DNA from: an uncultured Bacteroidales bacterium
Lineage (GTDB): Bacteria > Bacteroidota > Bacteroidia > Bacteroidales > UBA1715
Direction: 5' to 3'
NCBI GenBank assembly: GCA_937892155.1
Contig: CALAUG010000021.1
Span: 13,653 to 77,652 of the forward strand
DNA: 64,000 nt
Positions 34,474 to 44,755 of this stretch are shown piece by piece; position 1 is the stretch's first letter; each line of letters opens with the position of its first letter. The notes under the pieces are model-generated. The model worked only from the letters and a program-made list of their open reading frames with translations, did no database searches and was not told where the DNA came from. The position numbers and the translations under genes are program-made.

Positions 34474-37400
34474 TTATACTTTTTGAACTGCCATATATGT
34501 CTGCACATCAGAGTCAATTTCAACAGGTTTCTTGTTTTCGTTGTTGATTGTGTCAACCAATTGTATATCAGCGCATAATGTTTCTGATGCGATATATGCT
34601 TTATGAATTTCTATAGCTTTGTTGATTGCGTCGTGTTTCTGTATTTCCAACTTGATTTTGTCGGTAACATCAAAACCGCTGTCTTTACGAAGATTTTGGA
34701 TTCTGTTGACGAATTCACGTGCAATTCCTTCGTTAACCAAATCTTCTGTCAACGTTGTGTCCAAAGCAACAGTGATGTTTCCTTCGTTTGCAACTTGCCA
34801 ACCTGGAATATCTTTGGAAATAATTGTAACATCGTCAAGTGTCAAGTTGATTGTTTCGCCAGCAACAACAATCGTTTTCGCTCCATTGCGTTCGAATTCG
34901 CAGATTTCTTCGTTAGAGAATGCAGTGATTGTAGCAGCAACTTCTTTCATTATTTTTCCGCATTTCGGACCTAATGCTTTGAAGTTTGGCTTGATTGTCT
35001 TTACAAGAACTTGCGAAGCGTCTTTCAACAAATCAATTTCTTTTACGTTTACTTCTGTCTTGATAATGTTCTCAACGGCTTTTAAATTTTGTTCAAATTC
35101 ATCATTGATGATTGGAATGATGATTTTTTGAAGTGGTTGACGAACTTTTATAGCAACTTTACGACGCAGTGCCAAAATCATTGAAGAAACGGTTTGAGCC
35201 ATTTCCATTCTTGTTTCCAACTTCTTGTCGATTACCGATTCGTCGGCATTCGGGAATGTTGCTAAGTGAACAGAATCAACGTCGAAGCGGTTTGTTACTT
35301 TGTTCAAGTCGCAGAATAATTGATCTGCAAAGAACGGAGCAATAGGAGCCATAAGTAACGAAACTGTTTCCAAACAAGTGTACAATGTCTGGTAAGCCGA
35401 AATCTTGTCGCTGTTCAATTCGCCTTTCCAGAAACGTTTACGGGACAAACGAACGTACCAGTTACTCAAATTATCGTTTACGAAATCTTGAATCATACGG
35501 CCGGCTTTTGTCGGTTCGTAGTTTTCGTATTGTTCCGTAACATTTTTAACCAGTGTGTTCAACAATGATATAATCCAACGGTCGATTTCCGAACGTTGTT
35601 CGTTTGGAACAGGGGCTTGTTGCATTGCAAAATTGTCGAGGTTTGCATACAACGCAAAGAACGAATACGTGTTGTATAACGTTCCAAAGAATTTACGTTT
35701 AACTTCTTCAACACCTTCGCTGTCGTATTTCAAGTTGTCCCAAGGAGACGAGTTGGTAATCATATACCAGCGAACAGGGTCAGTTCCTTGTTGCTCAATT
35801 TCCTTGAATGGATCGATTGCGTTGCCAAGACGTTTCGACATTTTGTTACCGTTCTTGTCAAGTACCAAACCATTGGAAACCACGTTTTTGAAAGCCACAC
35901 TGTCGAACAACATTGTTGCAATTGCGTGTAGTGTGAAGAACCAACCACGAGTTTGGTCAACACCTTCGGCAATAAAATCAGCAGGGAAAACAGTGTTGAA
36001 TTTGTCCTTGTTTTCAAAAGGATAGTGAATTTGAGCGTATGGCATTGAACCTGAATCAAACCAAACGTCAATAATATCGCTTTCGCGGTACATTTTCTGT
36101 CCTTTTGCTGATACTAATATGATGTTGTCAACATACGGACGGTGAATGTCGAATTTATTGTAGTTTTCTTTAGAAAAATCACCAACAACGAAGTCTTTCA
36201 AAGGATTTTCTTTCATAAATCCTGCTTTGATTGAAAGTTCGATTTCGTTTTTCAATTCTTCCAAAGAACCGATACATTTTTCTTCGGTTTTGTCTTCCGT
36301 CATCCAAATTGGGAGTGGAGTTCCCCAGAAACGCGAACGTGACAAATTCCAGTCGTTCAAGTTCTCCAACCATTTACCGAAACGGCCAGAACCTGTTGAT
36401 TCAGGTTTCCAGTTGATAGTTTTATTCAATTCTATCATACGCTCTTTGCATTCTGGACTCTTAATGAACCAGCTGTCAAGAGGGTAGTATAGAATTGGCT
36501 TGTCGGTTCTCCAGCAATGAGGATAATTGTGGACGTGTTTTTCGATTTTGAATGCTTTGTTTTCTGCTTTCAAAGCCATACAAATGCTGATGTCAAGAGT
36601 CTCGTCCTTGTCTGTCAATGTTGCATCGTAAGCATTTTTTACATAACGACCAGCGACAGAATTGTAAGCTTCAACATTTACGTTTGATGTAACAAAAGCA
36701 GCATCCATTTCCTCTACAGGAATCATACGTCCTTGTTTGTCAACAAGAGGTGATTGTTTGCCGTTTTTGTCAATTACAAGCATTCCGGCAATTCCAGCTT
36801 TTTTCGCAACAAAAGCATCATCTGCACCGAAAGTAGGAGCGATGTGGACAATACCAGTACCATCTTCTGTTGTTACATAATCGCCAGCAATTACTTCAAA
36901 AGCTTTTCCATCAACTTTAACCCATGGTTGCAATTGTTCGTATTGTACGCCAATAAGTTCACTTGCAGGCATTTCTGCTAAAATCGTATAAGGAACAATT
37001 TTATCTCCAGCTTTGTATGCAGAAAAATCCGCATTTTCTCCTTCTTTATGGAAATATGCAGAAACACGGTCTTTTGCCATGATTGCGGTCATTGGTGTTC
37101 CTGTATAAGGATTGAATGTTTTGATTTTTACGTATTGGATTTTTGGACCAACACAAAGAGCAGTGTTGCTACTCAATGTCCATGGAGTAGTTGTCCAAGC
37201 CAAAATGTATAAGTCGGTTTCAACGCCTGCGAACAAAGATTCGCTTTTTGCATTGCGGACAACTTTAAATTGCGCAGTACACGTTGTGTCTTTTACGTCG
37301 CGGTAGCAACCCGGTTGGTTTAGTTCGTGGGAACTCAAACCTGTTCCTGCTGCTGGCGAATAAGGTTGAATGGTGTAACCTTTGTAAAGCAATCCTTTTT

Positions 37401-37908
37401 TATATAATTCTTTCAACAAATACCAAAGAGTTTCAATGTATTTGTTGTCGTACGTAATGTAAGGGTCTTTCATGTCAACCCAGTAGCCAATGCGTTGTGT
37501 AAGGTTTTCCCATTGGCTTGTATATTTCATCACATTGCTACGGCACGCATTGTTGTATTCTTCAACGCTGATTTTTGTACCAATATCTTCTTTTGTGATG
37601 CCCAATTCTTTTTCAACGCCAAGTTCCACAGGCAATCCGTGGGTGTCCCAACCAGCTTTACGATGAACTTGGAAACCTTGCATTGTTTTATAACGGCATA
37701 CGGAATCCTTGATGGTACGAGCCATTACGTGGTGAATTCCTGGAAGACCGTTTGCAGAAGGAGGACCTTCGAAAAATACAAATGATTTATGTCCTTCACG
37801 AGTTGACACGCTCTTGTTGAACGTATCATTTTTAATCCATTTTTCTAGAACATCCTTGTTGACTTGAGAAAGGTCTAACCCAGAATATTCCTTAAACTTC
37901 TCACTCAT
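34474..37908 (-). CDS. ileS: isoleucine--tRNA ligase (type 2, long form)
   Basis: 1144 aa. HIGH-region PSANGLPGIHHVMARTIKD, KMSKRLGN (KMSKS), and a CP1 editing domain. Confidence 0.97.
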   Translation of the reverse strand: MSEKFKEYSGLDLSQVNKDVLEKWIKNDTFNKSVSTREGHKSFVFFEGPPSANGLPGIHHVMARTIKDSVCRYKTMQGFQVHRKAGWDTHGLPVELGVEKELGITKEDIGTKISVEEYNNACRSNVMKYTSQWENLTQRIGYWVDMKDPYITYDNKYIETLWYLLKELYKKGLLYKGYTIQPYSPAAGTGLSSHELNQPGCYRDVKDTTCTAQFKVVRNAKSESLFAGVETDLYILAWTTTPWTLSSNTALCVGPKIQYVKIKTFNPYTGTPMTAIMAKDRVSAYFHKEGENADFSAYKAGDKIVPYTILAEMPASELIGVQYEQLQPWVKVDGKAFEVIAGDYVTTEDGTGIVHIAPTFGADDAFVAKKAGIAGMLVIDKNGKQSPLVDKQGRMIPVEEMDAAFVTSNVNVEAYNSVAGRYVKNAYDATLTDKDETLDISICMALKAENKAFKIEKHVHNYPHCWRTDKPILYYPLDSWFIKSPECKERMIELNKTINWKPESTGSGRFGKWLENLNDWNLSRSRFWGTPLPIWMTEDKTEEKCIGSLEELKNEIELSIKAGFMKENPLKDFVVGDFSKENYNKFDIHRPYVDNIILVSAKGQKMYRESDIIDVWFDSGSMPYAQIHYPFENKDKFNTVFPADFIAEGVDQTRGWFFTLHAIATMLFDSVAFKNVVSNGLVLDKNGNKMSKRLGNAIDPFKEIEQQGTDPVRWYMITNSSPWDNLKYDSEGVEEVKRKFFGTLYNTYSFFALYANLDNFAMQQAPVPNEQRSEIDRWIISLLNTLVKNVTEQYENYEPTKAGRMIQDFVNDNLSNWYVRLSRKRFWKGELNSDKISAYQTLYTCLETVSLLMAPIAPFFADQLFCDLNKVTNRFDVDSVHLATFPNADESVIDKKLETRMEMAQTVSSMILALRRKVAIKVRQPLQKIIIPIINDEFEQNLKAVENIIKTEVNVKEIDLLKDASQVLVKTIKPNFKALGPKCGKIMKEVAATITAFSNEEICEFERNGAKTIVVAGETINLTLDDVTIISKDIPGWQVANEGNITVALDTTLTEDLVNEGIAREFVNRIQNLRKDSGFDVTDKIKLEIQKHDAINKAIEIHKAYIASETLCADIQLVDTINNENKKPVEIDSDVQTYMAVQKV

Positions 37909-38193
37909 TATAAAAAAACGTTTTTTTAGTCCGCAAATATAGTCTTATTTTAAGATGAATGAATGTGTGATTTTCTAAACTTATTAAAAAAACAGCTGAA
38001 AATTGTTGATAAGTTTTTTGGAAATGATTTTTTCGACTAAATATTCGTTTGAAAAAAAATATTGGCTTGTGCTATTTTGCTCAAAAAGTCGGTACATTGT
38101 GTTGTTGACTTAATGAAAATTTGTAATATTGCAAAAGGATTTTGCGAGTCATTTCGTGAAATTTTAATTTTAACGTTTAATACATAAAAATTT

Positions 38194-40578
38194 ATGCAGT
38201 ACGGATATTTTGATGACGAAAGGAAAGAGTACGTTGTGACTCGTCCTGACACTCCTCGTTCTTGGAGTAACTATTTAGGTGATGTGAACTATGGCGCATT
38301 GATTACAAACAATGCTGGTGGTTATAGTTTCTACAAATCCGCAGCTCAAGGTCGTTTCATGCGTTTCCGCCCAAATACGATTCCAATGGATCAACCGGGC
38401 CGTTATGTGTATGTTCGCGATAACGACAGCAAAGATTATTGGAGCACAGCTTGGCAACCAGTAAGCAAATCGTTGAAGGAATACGAAACAACCTGTCGTC
38501 ATGGTAGCGCATATTCTATCATTGAATCAAAATATTCCGACATTGTAATGAAATCAACGTATTTCGTGCCACTAGGCAAACAATACGAATGTTGGATGGT
38601 GAAACTTACTAACAACAGTAAGAAAACTCGTAAGTTGAGTGTGTTCACATACGTTGAATATGCCAGCCACTGGCAATTGTGGATGGATTTGATCAATCTT
38701 CAATATACTCAATATATTATGAAGATGTCTTTCAAAGACGGAATCATCAATCACTGTATCAATCCTCATCTTGACATTGAAGACAGAATTGATGCTGGTC
38801 AAAAGAATACATTCATCACTATGGTTGGTACCGAGGTTACAGGTTTCGATACAGACCGCGAGAAATTTATCGGCCCTTATCGTTCATACAACAATCCTCT
38901 TGTTGTTGAACAAGGAAAATGTAATGGTTCTTTAGCTGAAGGTGACAATGGTTGTGGTACTTTGCAGTCGGATATTACATTGAAAGCTGGCGAATCAAAA
39001 GAATTCGTCGTAATTATGGGTATCGGCCAAGGTTCAAAACAAGGTAAAAAAGCACAAAAAGAAATCCCTTCGTATGCAGTTGCAGAAAAAGAATTCAACA
39101 AATTGGTTGAATACTGGCACAATCGTATTCAAGGAATGACAGTTAAGACTCCTGATGCTGAATTTAACAGCCAAATCAATATGTGGAGTCCATTCAACTG
39201 TTTGATGACATATTCTTGGAGCCGTGCTGCAAGTTTGGTTTACAGTGGTGAACGTGATGGTCTTGGCTACCGTGATACAGTTCAAGATATGTTGGGCGTT
39301 CTTCCTGTAATTACGAAAGAAGTTACCGAACGTTTGGAATTAATGATTACTGGTCAGGAATCTAACGGTGGTGCTATGCCTGTTGTTAAACCATTCGACC
39401 ACACTCCAGGTAAAATGCCAAAAACAGCTGACGAAGATTATCGTTCAGATGACTGTATGTGGTTGTTCAACACAATTCCTGCATACGTTAAGGAAACTGG
39501 CGATTTGAAATTCTACGATAAAGTACTTCCTTTCTCTGATAAGGGTGAGGCTACAGTTCTTGGTCACTTGCGCCGTGCTATCGAATTTAACCTTGAAAGA
39601 GAAGGCGCTCATGGTCTTCCTTGCGGTTTGAAAGCAGACTGGAACGACTGCTTAGTACTTGGTCAAAAAGGTGAAACTACTTTCGTTGCTTTCCAATTGC
39701 GTTATGCGTTGAAGACTTACGCAGAAATCTGCGAAATGAAGTCAATGCCTAAGGAAGTTGAATGGGCAAATAAAGAAATGAAGAAACTTGATGCAGCTAT
39801 CGAAAAATATGCTTGGGACGGCGAATGGTTCGTACGTGCATACAACGAAGCTGGTGAAGTTTACGGTTCTAAGAAATCAGCAGAAGGTCAAATTTGGTTG
39901 AACCCACAATCTTGGTCGGTTTACAGTGGTTATGCAACTGGTAAACGTGCTGATGTTGTTTTGAATTCCGTAAATAAGAAATTGGCAACAGAACACGGAG
40001 TTATGTTGGTAACAAAACCATATATCAAAACAGATCTTTCTGCAATCAAAGCTCCATTGTTCATTCCTGGTATGAAGGAAAATGGTGCTATTTTCCAACA
40101 CCCACAAGGATGGATTGTAATTGCTGAAACATTGCGTGGAAATGGTGAAAATGCTTACAAATATTTCCGTGCTTATATGCCAGCAGCTTACAATACGAAA
40201 GCTGAAATCCGTGAAATTGAACCATACGTTTATGCTCAATCAACGAATAGTAAATTCAACACACGTTTCGGTTCATCTCGTTTGCCTTGGTTGACAGGTG
40301 CTGCAACATGGTCTTATTATGCTGCAACAAACCATATTATGGGTGTTCAACCAGATTATGATGGTTTGATTATTGATCCATGTGTTCCAAAATCATGGAA
40401 AGATTTCGGCATGACACGTCGTTTCCGTGGAAAAATGCTTGACATCACAGTAAAGAATCCAAAAGGCGTTCAAAAAGGTGTTAAATCAATCACAATCAAC
40501 GGAGAAAAGGTAAAAGGAAATAAGATTCCAATGAGTAAAATCAAAGCTCAAAACACTGTAGAAGTTGTAATGGGATAA
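38194..40578 (+). CDS. GH94 family glycoside phosphorylase (cellobiose/chitobiose phosphorylase-like)
   Basis: 794 aa. The N-terminus MQYGYFDDERKEYVVTRPDTPRSWSNYLG...NNAGGYSFY closely parallels cellobiose phosphorylase N-termini. Confidence 0.88.
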   Translation: MQYGYFDDERKEYVVTRPDTPRSWSNYLGDVNYGALITNNAGGYSFYKSAAQGRFMRFRPNTIPMDQPGRYVYVRDNDSKDYWSTAWQPVSKSLKEYETTCRHGSAYSIIESKYSDIVMKSTYFVPLGKQYECWMVKLTNNSKKTRKLSVFTYVEYASHWQLWMDLINLQYTQYIMKMSFKDGIINHCINPHLDIEDRIDAGQKNTFITMVGTEVTGFDTDREKFIGPYRSYNNPLVVEQGKCNGSLAEGDNGCGTLQSDITLKAGESKEFVVIMGIGQGSKQGKKAQKEIPSYAVAEKEFNKLVEYWHNRIQGMTVKTPDAEFNSQINMWSPFNCLMTYSWSRAASLVYSGERDGLGYRDTVQDMLGVLPVITKEVTERLELMITGQESNGGAMPVVKPFDHTPGKMPKTADEDYRSDDCMWLFNTIPAYVKETGDLKFYDKVLPFSDKGEATVLGHLRRAIEFNLEREGAHGLPCGLKADWNDCLVLGQKGETTFVAFQLRYALKTYAEICEMKSMPKEVEWANKEMKKLDAAIEKYAWDGEWFVRAYNEAGEVYGSKKSAEGQIWLNPQSWSVYSGYATGKRADVVLNSVNKKLATEHGVMLVTKPYIKTDLSAIKAPLFIPGMKENGAIFQHPQGWIVIAETLRGNGENAYKYFRAYMPAAYNTKAEIREIEPYVYAQSTNSKFNTRFGSSRLPWLTGAATWSYYAATNHIMGVQPDYDGLIIDPCVPKSWKDFGMTRRFRGKMLDITVKNPKGVQKGVKSITINGEKVKGNKIPMSKIKAQNTVEVVMG

Positions 40579-40599
40579 TACGATTTTAGAATGATAGAG

Positions 40600-40636
40600 A
40601 AGCGGCGAAACCTTTTGATTTCGCCGCTTTTTTTTG
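40600..40636 (+). terminator. Rho-independent terminator after the GH94 gene
   Basis: aagcggcgaaa (40600-40610) pairs with tttcgccgctt (40619-40629), followed by a T-run to 40636. Confidence 0.78.
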
Positions 40637-40673
40637 TTTGTCAGTTGTATGTTTCAAAAATAAAGAGACTGGT

Positions 40674-41360
40674 TTATATAAACAAAATTCCTCCGCCGTC
40701 GTACAGGTTGCCGTCGTGTAATTCCATAATGTCGAGTCCGTGTTTGTGTATGAAGTTTTCTATCGCTTTTCCTTCGGAATGGTTGGCGAGCGAGCCGTTT
40801 ATGTAAATCGTTTTACCATGTTTTCCCATGCAGCCTCCAATAAATCCGTATTGATAGGGTGGTAATTCTATTCCTCGTGGACTGACGAACAAACATTCGC
40901 AATTATTTGATTCTAAGTTCTTTTGAATGTTTGCGTCGGAAGTTATAAATGCACCTTCTGATATTGCAATTAAGTTGCATCTTGTGTATGCTTGGTTTAC
41001 AGAAATATAGTTTTTCCTCTCGTTAGTTCGCAATATTTGTTTATCGGTGTGTCCTTGTTTGTGGATAATATAAGATTTTGTTACAACGCAATTGTATGGC
41101 GTAGAATTGATTACATCGCTGCCAACGGGTGTTTCTCCAACAGTGTATGAAATTGATTCCAATTCTTTCAAAATAGCATTGGGTAGGTTGGGGGCGACAA
41201 CCAATGTGTCTCCTTGACAGAAAAATATATCAGGATGTCCTGCTATTGCATCGTATGTGATATCTTCGGTTAAGAATGGAATCACACGGAATTGCTCGGA
41301 AAGTTTGTCTATGGCTTTCTGTGGACTGCGTGCATCAATTATGGCAATAGGTGAATTCAT
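40674..41360 (-). CDS. hypothetical protein, possibly guanidino-group-modifying-enzyme (amidinotransferase-like) fold
   Basis: 228 aa. GHPDIFF and C-terminal GFIGGCMG (Gly-Gly-Cys as in the GME-fold catalytic loop). Overlaps the upstream radical SAM gene by 26 nt. The family assignment is tentative. Confidence 0.5.
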   Translation of the reverse strand: MNSPIAIIDARSPQKAIDKLSEQFRVIPFLTEDITYDAIAGHPDIFFCQGDTLVVAPNLPNAILKELESISYTVGETPVGSDVINSTPYNCVVTKSYIIHKQGHTDKQILRTNERKNYISVNQAYTRCNLIAISEGAFITSDANIQKNLESNNCECLFVSPRGIELPPYQYGFIGGCMGKHGKTIYINGSLANHSEGKAIENFIHKHGLDIMELHDGNLYDGGGILFI

Positions 41361-42345
41361 ATCCGTGCAGAATTGGATCGGTTTTGAAGGTTACCGAATG
41401 GAATGTTTTGAGTAGTTCATTCCGGTTCTTTGAATTGTAACCGATGGCGTTGTTTATCTCTTCTTCGCTAATGAAAATTGTGAGATTTGCATTAGCGCAT
41501 TTATCTTGCATTAATGGAGATAACTTGTCAAACCATATCTCCGACAATACTAGTTCCTTGAACGAAGGATGGAAAGGGCCAGCCAGTAAATATTTATTGG
41601 AAGCAAAATCTTTGTTGGGATGTAATCCGACTTTGAGTATGGTTACATTATTTTGAAGGAATAAGGAATAGATTTCTTTTGTCCATTGAATTGCTTCGCC
41701 AAGTGGTAGTGCCTGATATTTCCCTTGTTTGTACAATGTGGCGAGTGGCGTGTCGGTGACGACCAATGTTGGATAAATTCTGGTTGTTTTTGCTCCGAAT
41801 GCAATTATGTCGTGTGCAGTTTGCAGTGCGATTTCGTGTGTGTCGCCGGGAAGTCCGAGCATCATTTGTAAACCGAGATTGAAGCCGTTTTCATTTATTT
41901 TTTGTGACGCAATTCGTATGGCTTCTCTGTTATGACCACGGCCAGAACGTTGCAGTACAGTGTCATTTGTGGATTGTGCGCCCAATTCTATGTCGCGCAC
42001 TTTGTAGTGTTTCAATAATTGCAAGATTTCGTCGGTGATATAATCCGGGCGGGTAGAAAGTCGTATTCCAGAAACTTGTCCCGATTCAATATATGGTTGT
42101 GCAACACGCAGATAAGATTCCTGAATATCTATTGGTAAGCCCGTGAAACTTCCACCGAAAAAAGCAATCTGCACGTCGTAATTTTGGGGAATTGTTTTTA
42201 GATTCCTTTTGATTATTTCATCGGTTTCTTGCAGAGTGGGAACGTGGTCCTGCGAACTAATGTGGTTTTGGTTGCAGAAAATACAACGATGCGGACAAGC
42301 CAACTGTGGCAAAAAAATAGGAATGTTTGCGTGGTTGCTATTCAT
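41335..42345 (-). CDS. radical SAM protein, ELP3-like core without acetyltransferase domain
   Basis: CPHRCIFCN (CxxxCxxC) near the N-terminus. FFGGSFT, RLSTRPD and ELGAQS motifs as in ELP3/COG1243-type radical SAM enzymes. Confidence 0.82.
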   Translation of the reverse strand: MNSNHANIPIFLPQLACPHRCIFCNQNHISSQDHVPTLQETDEIIKRNLKTIPQNYDVQIAFFGGSFTGLPIDIQESYLRVAQPYIESGQVSGIRLSTRPDYITDEILQLLKHYKVRDIELGAQSTNDTVLQRSGRGHNREAIRIASQKINENGFNLGLQMMLGLPGDTHEIALQTAHDIIAFGAKTTRIYPTLVVTDTPLATLYKQGKYQALPLGEAIQWTKEIYSLFLQNNVTILKVGLHPNKDFASNKYLLAGPFHPSFKELVLSEIWFDKLSPLMQDKCANANLTIFISEEEINNAIGYNSKNRNELLKTFHSVTFKTDPILHGYEFTYCHN

Positions 42346-44747
42346 TAGTATAGTTTCACTATTGTTATTCCGTCGCCACCCATTTCTATTGGCGCATCAT
42401 CGCACGATTCAACAAAACTGACTGTGTTTAAATATTCACGGATAAGTTTCCGCAAAATGCCGTAGCCTTTGCCGTGCAATATTTCCACGTGTTTGATTTG
42501 AAGCATGTTTGCTGTTTCGATAAAGTCTTTTACTTGATATAAGGCTTCATCTCCGCGTATGCCACGCAAATCAAGATGTGGTTTGAATGTTTTTCGTTTT
42601 TCCGAAATGTTTTGTATGGTTGAGGCAACGACAACTGTCTGTGTATTGATTTTCGGTTTGCTTGCTGGTTCAAGTGTGTTGATTTTTACGGTCATTTTTA
42701 GGTTTCCGAACAAAACTACTGCTTGTTTACCGTCAAATTCCAATATTTCTCCCGATGTTGTTTGTCCTTTAATTTTGACAAAACTTCCGATTGCTAATTC
42801 TTTGTCGTTCAATGGTTTGTTGGAACTTTGGACTTTGTTCGCATTGTGAATGTTTGCAGTCTTTTGTCGTGTTTTGTCTATAAATGTGCGTAACTCTTCT
42901 CTGGCTTGTTTGGTCGTTTCTTTTTCGGCTTGCGATTCCTTAATAACACGGATGGTTTGTTCAATTTGTTTGTTTGCGGAATCTAAAACAGCATTGATTT
43001 CTCGTTCGGTGTCTTCAATGATTTCTTGTCGCTTTTCGTTGATTTTCTTGAGTTTGAGCGAATATTCCGTTTTGAGGTTTTCTAGTTGTATTTCTTGTTT
43101 TTTGAGTTCGTCTTTTTTCTTATAGACGTATTGTTTTTCAATTTCAAGTTTCTTCAGGTTTTCGTCAAAATCAATATGTTCTTGTTTGATTTTTGTTTTC
43201 GCTTTGTCTAGTGTGCTTTGTGGCAATCCGATTGAGCGTGCAATTTCAAAAGCAAACGAGTTTCCTGCCGATCCCATACGAAGTTTGTAGAGTGGCTTCA
43301 TATTTTCCATGTCAAACAGCATTGCGCCGTTTATCAGTCCTTTGAGCGACGATGCGGTGTGTTTCAGGTTGCTGTAGTGGGTGGTGATTATACCGAAGGC
43401 TCCTTTGGCGTTGAGTGTTTCCAACACGCTTTCTGCGATTGCGCCACCTAAAATCGGTTCGGTTCCGGTTCCGAATTCATCTATCGCAAGCATTGTTTTG
43501 CTGTTTGCTTGCTCAAGAAATATTTTCATGTTGAGCAAGTGCGATGAATATGTACTGAGGTCATTTTCAATTGATTGCTCGTCGCCAATGTCTATGAGCA
43601 GATTGTTGAATATGCTCATTCTACTTTGACTTTCGGCAGGAATAGGCAATCCGCATTGAAACATATATTGCAATAAAATGACCGTTTTCATGCATACGGA
43701 TTTTCCGCCTGCATTTGGGCCGGAAATGACAATGATTCTCTGTGATTTGTTTAGTACAATATGAAGTGGAATAACTTCTTTGTTGCTTTTCTTGAATGCC
43801 AAAAACAGCAACGGATGTCGTGCCCGTACGAGTGAAAGTTCCTGTTCGTTGGAAATTTCTGGAATTTGTGCTTCAATATCTATTGAAAATCGTGCTTTCG
43901 CATTAATTGCATCGATTGTCCCAAGAAAATCGTACGCACACTCAACGTCGGTAAGGTACGGACGGATTTCAGCAGTTGCTTCGCGAAGTATGCGAATAAT
44001 CTCTTTTTGTTCCTCGAACTCTAAATTCGCAATTGCGTTGTTTGTCTCGAAAGCTTCGACAGGTTCTACAAACGATGTTTTTCCCGTAGAAGATTCGTCG
44101 TGTACAATTCCTTGGATTTTACGTTTGTATGTGCTGTTGAGTGGAAGTACCAATCGACCGTCGCGAACGGAAAGTTCGGAATCTTGTTCAATCCAGCCTT
44201 CCTGACGGGCAATTGCCAATTTTTGCGACATTATTTTACTGATTATGCGTCGCTTTTGGGAAATTTCGCTACGGATTTCCACCAATTTAGGTGATGCGTT
44301 ATCTTTAAGATTCCCGTTAGAATCGACAATTCTGTCGATTGTTCTGCAAATTTCTTTTGAAACTTCTATAGGTTCCGACAAGGCAAAAAGTGCAGGAAAT
44401 CGTTCTTGATTTTTATTGAAAAACGAGGTTATTTCCTGAATTTCCAGCAATGATTTTCGAAGAACGTGTAATTCGTTTGCCAGTAGGTAGGTTCCCTCAG
44501 GTTTTATTCGTGTAATTGCATCGTAAATGTTTGAAAATGATGGAGTGGGAAAGTCTTGCTCGGCCACAATAATTTCCATCATTTCCTTAACTTGTTGCAG
44601 CCAATCTTGGATTGTGTACTTGTCTATCGAAAATGATAATTCTGAAATTTGTTTTTTCCCAATTTCGCAATGACATTTGGAAATGAGTATTTCACGGATT
44701 TCGGAAAAACCGATTTTATGTTCAATGCTATTCGGATAGACTGACAT
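42345..44747 (-). CDS. mutS2: endonuclease MutS2 (MutS domain V ATPase + Smr)
   Basis: Walker A GPNAGGKS, DEFGTGT, and C-terminal Smr LDLRGIRGDEAL...HGKG. 800 aa. Confidence 0.93.
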   Translation of the reverse strand: MSVYPNSIEHKIGFSEIREILISKCHCEIGKKQISELSFSIDKYTIQDWLQQVKEMMEIIVAEQDFPTPSFSNIYDAITRIKPEGTYLLANELHVLRKSLLEIQEITSFFNKNQERFPALFALSEPIEVSKEICRTIDRIVDSNGNLKDNASPKLVEIRSEISQKRRIISKIMSQKLAIARQEGWIEQDSELSVRDGRLVLPLNSTYKRKIQGIVHDESSTGKTSFVEPVEAFETNNAIANLEFEEQKEIIRILREATAEIRPYLTDVECAYDFLGTIDAINAKARFSIDIEAQIPEISNEQELSLVRARHPLLFLAFKKSNKEVIPLHIVLNKSQRIIVISGPNAGGKSVCMKTVILLQYMFQCGLPIPAESQSRMSIFNNLLIDIGDEQSIENDLSTYSSHLLNMKIFLEQANSKTMLAIDEFGTGTEPILGGAIAESVLETLNAKGAFGIITTHYSNLKHTASSLKGLINGAMLFDMENMKPLYKLRMGSAGNSFAFEIARSIGLPQSTLDKAKTKIKQEHIDFDENLKKLEIEKQYVYKKKDELKKQEIQLENLKTEYSLKLKKINEKRQEIIEDTEREINAVLDSANKQIEQTIRVIKESQAEKETTKQAREELRTFIDKTRQKTANIHNANKVQSSNKPLNDKELAIGSFVKIKGQTTSGEILEFDGKQAVVLFGNLKMTVKINTLEPASKPKINTQTVVVASTIQNISEKRKTFKPHLDLRGIRGDEALYQVKDFIETANMLQIKHVEILHGKGYGILRKLIREYLNTVSFVESCDDAPIEMGGDGITIVKLY

Positions 44748-44755
44748 TTTGCTGA

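Noticed and set aside
37909-38193. Possible T-box or leader upstream of ileS
   Set aside because: No specifier-loop or T-box consensus and no terminator/antiterminator alternative is visible. The region looks like a plain AT-rich divergent promoter shared with the GH94 gene.
38037-38252. 71-aa minus-strand ORF upstream of the GH94 gene, with similar small ORFs at 53738-53953, 52563-52751 and 16133-16315
   Set aside because: These sit in AT-rich promoter regions and overlap real gene starts. Their composition is skewed toward Ile/Phe/Lys/Asn with no motifs. They are judged spurious.
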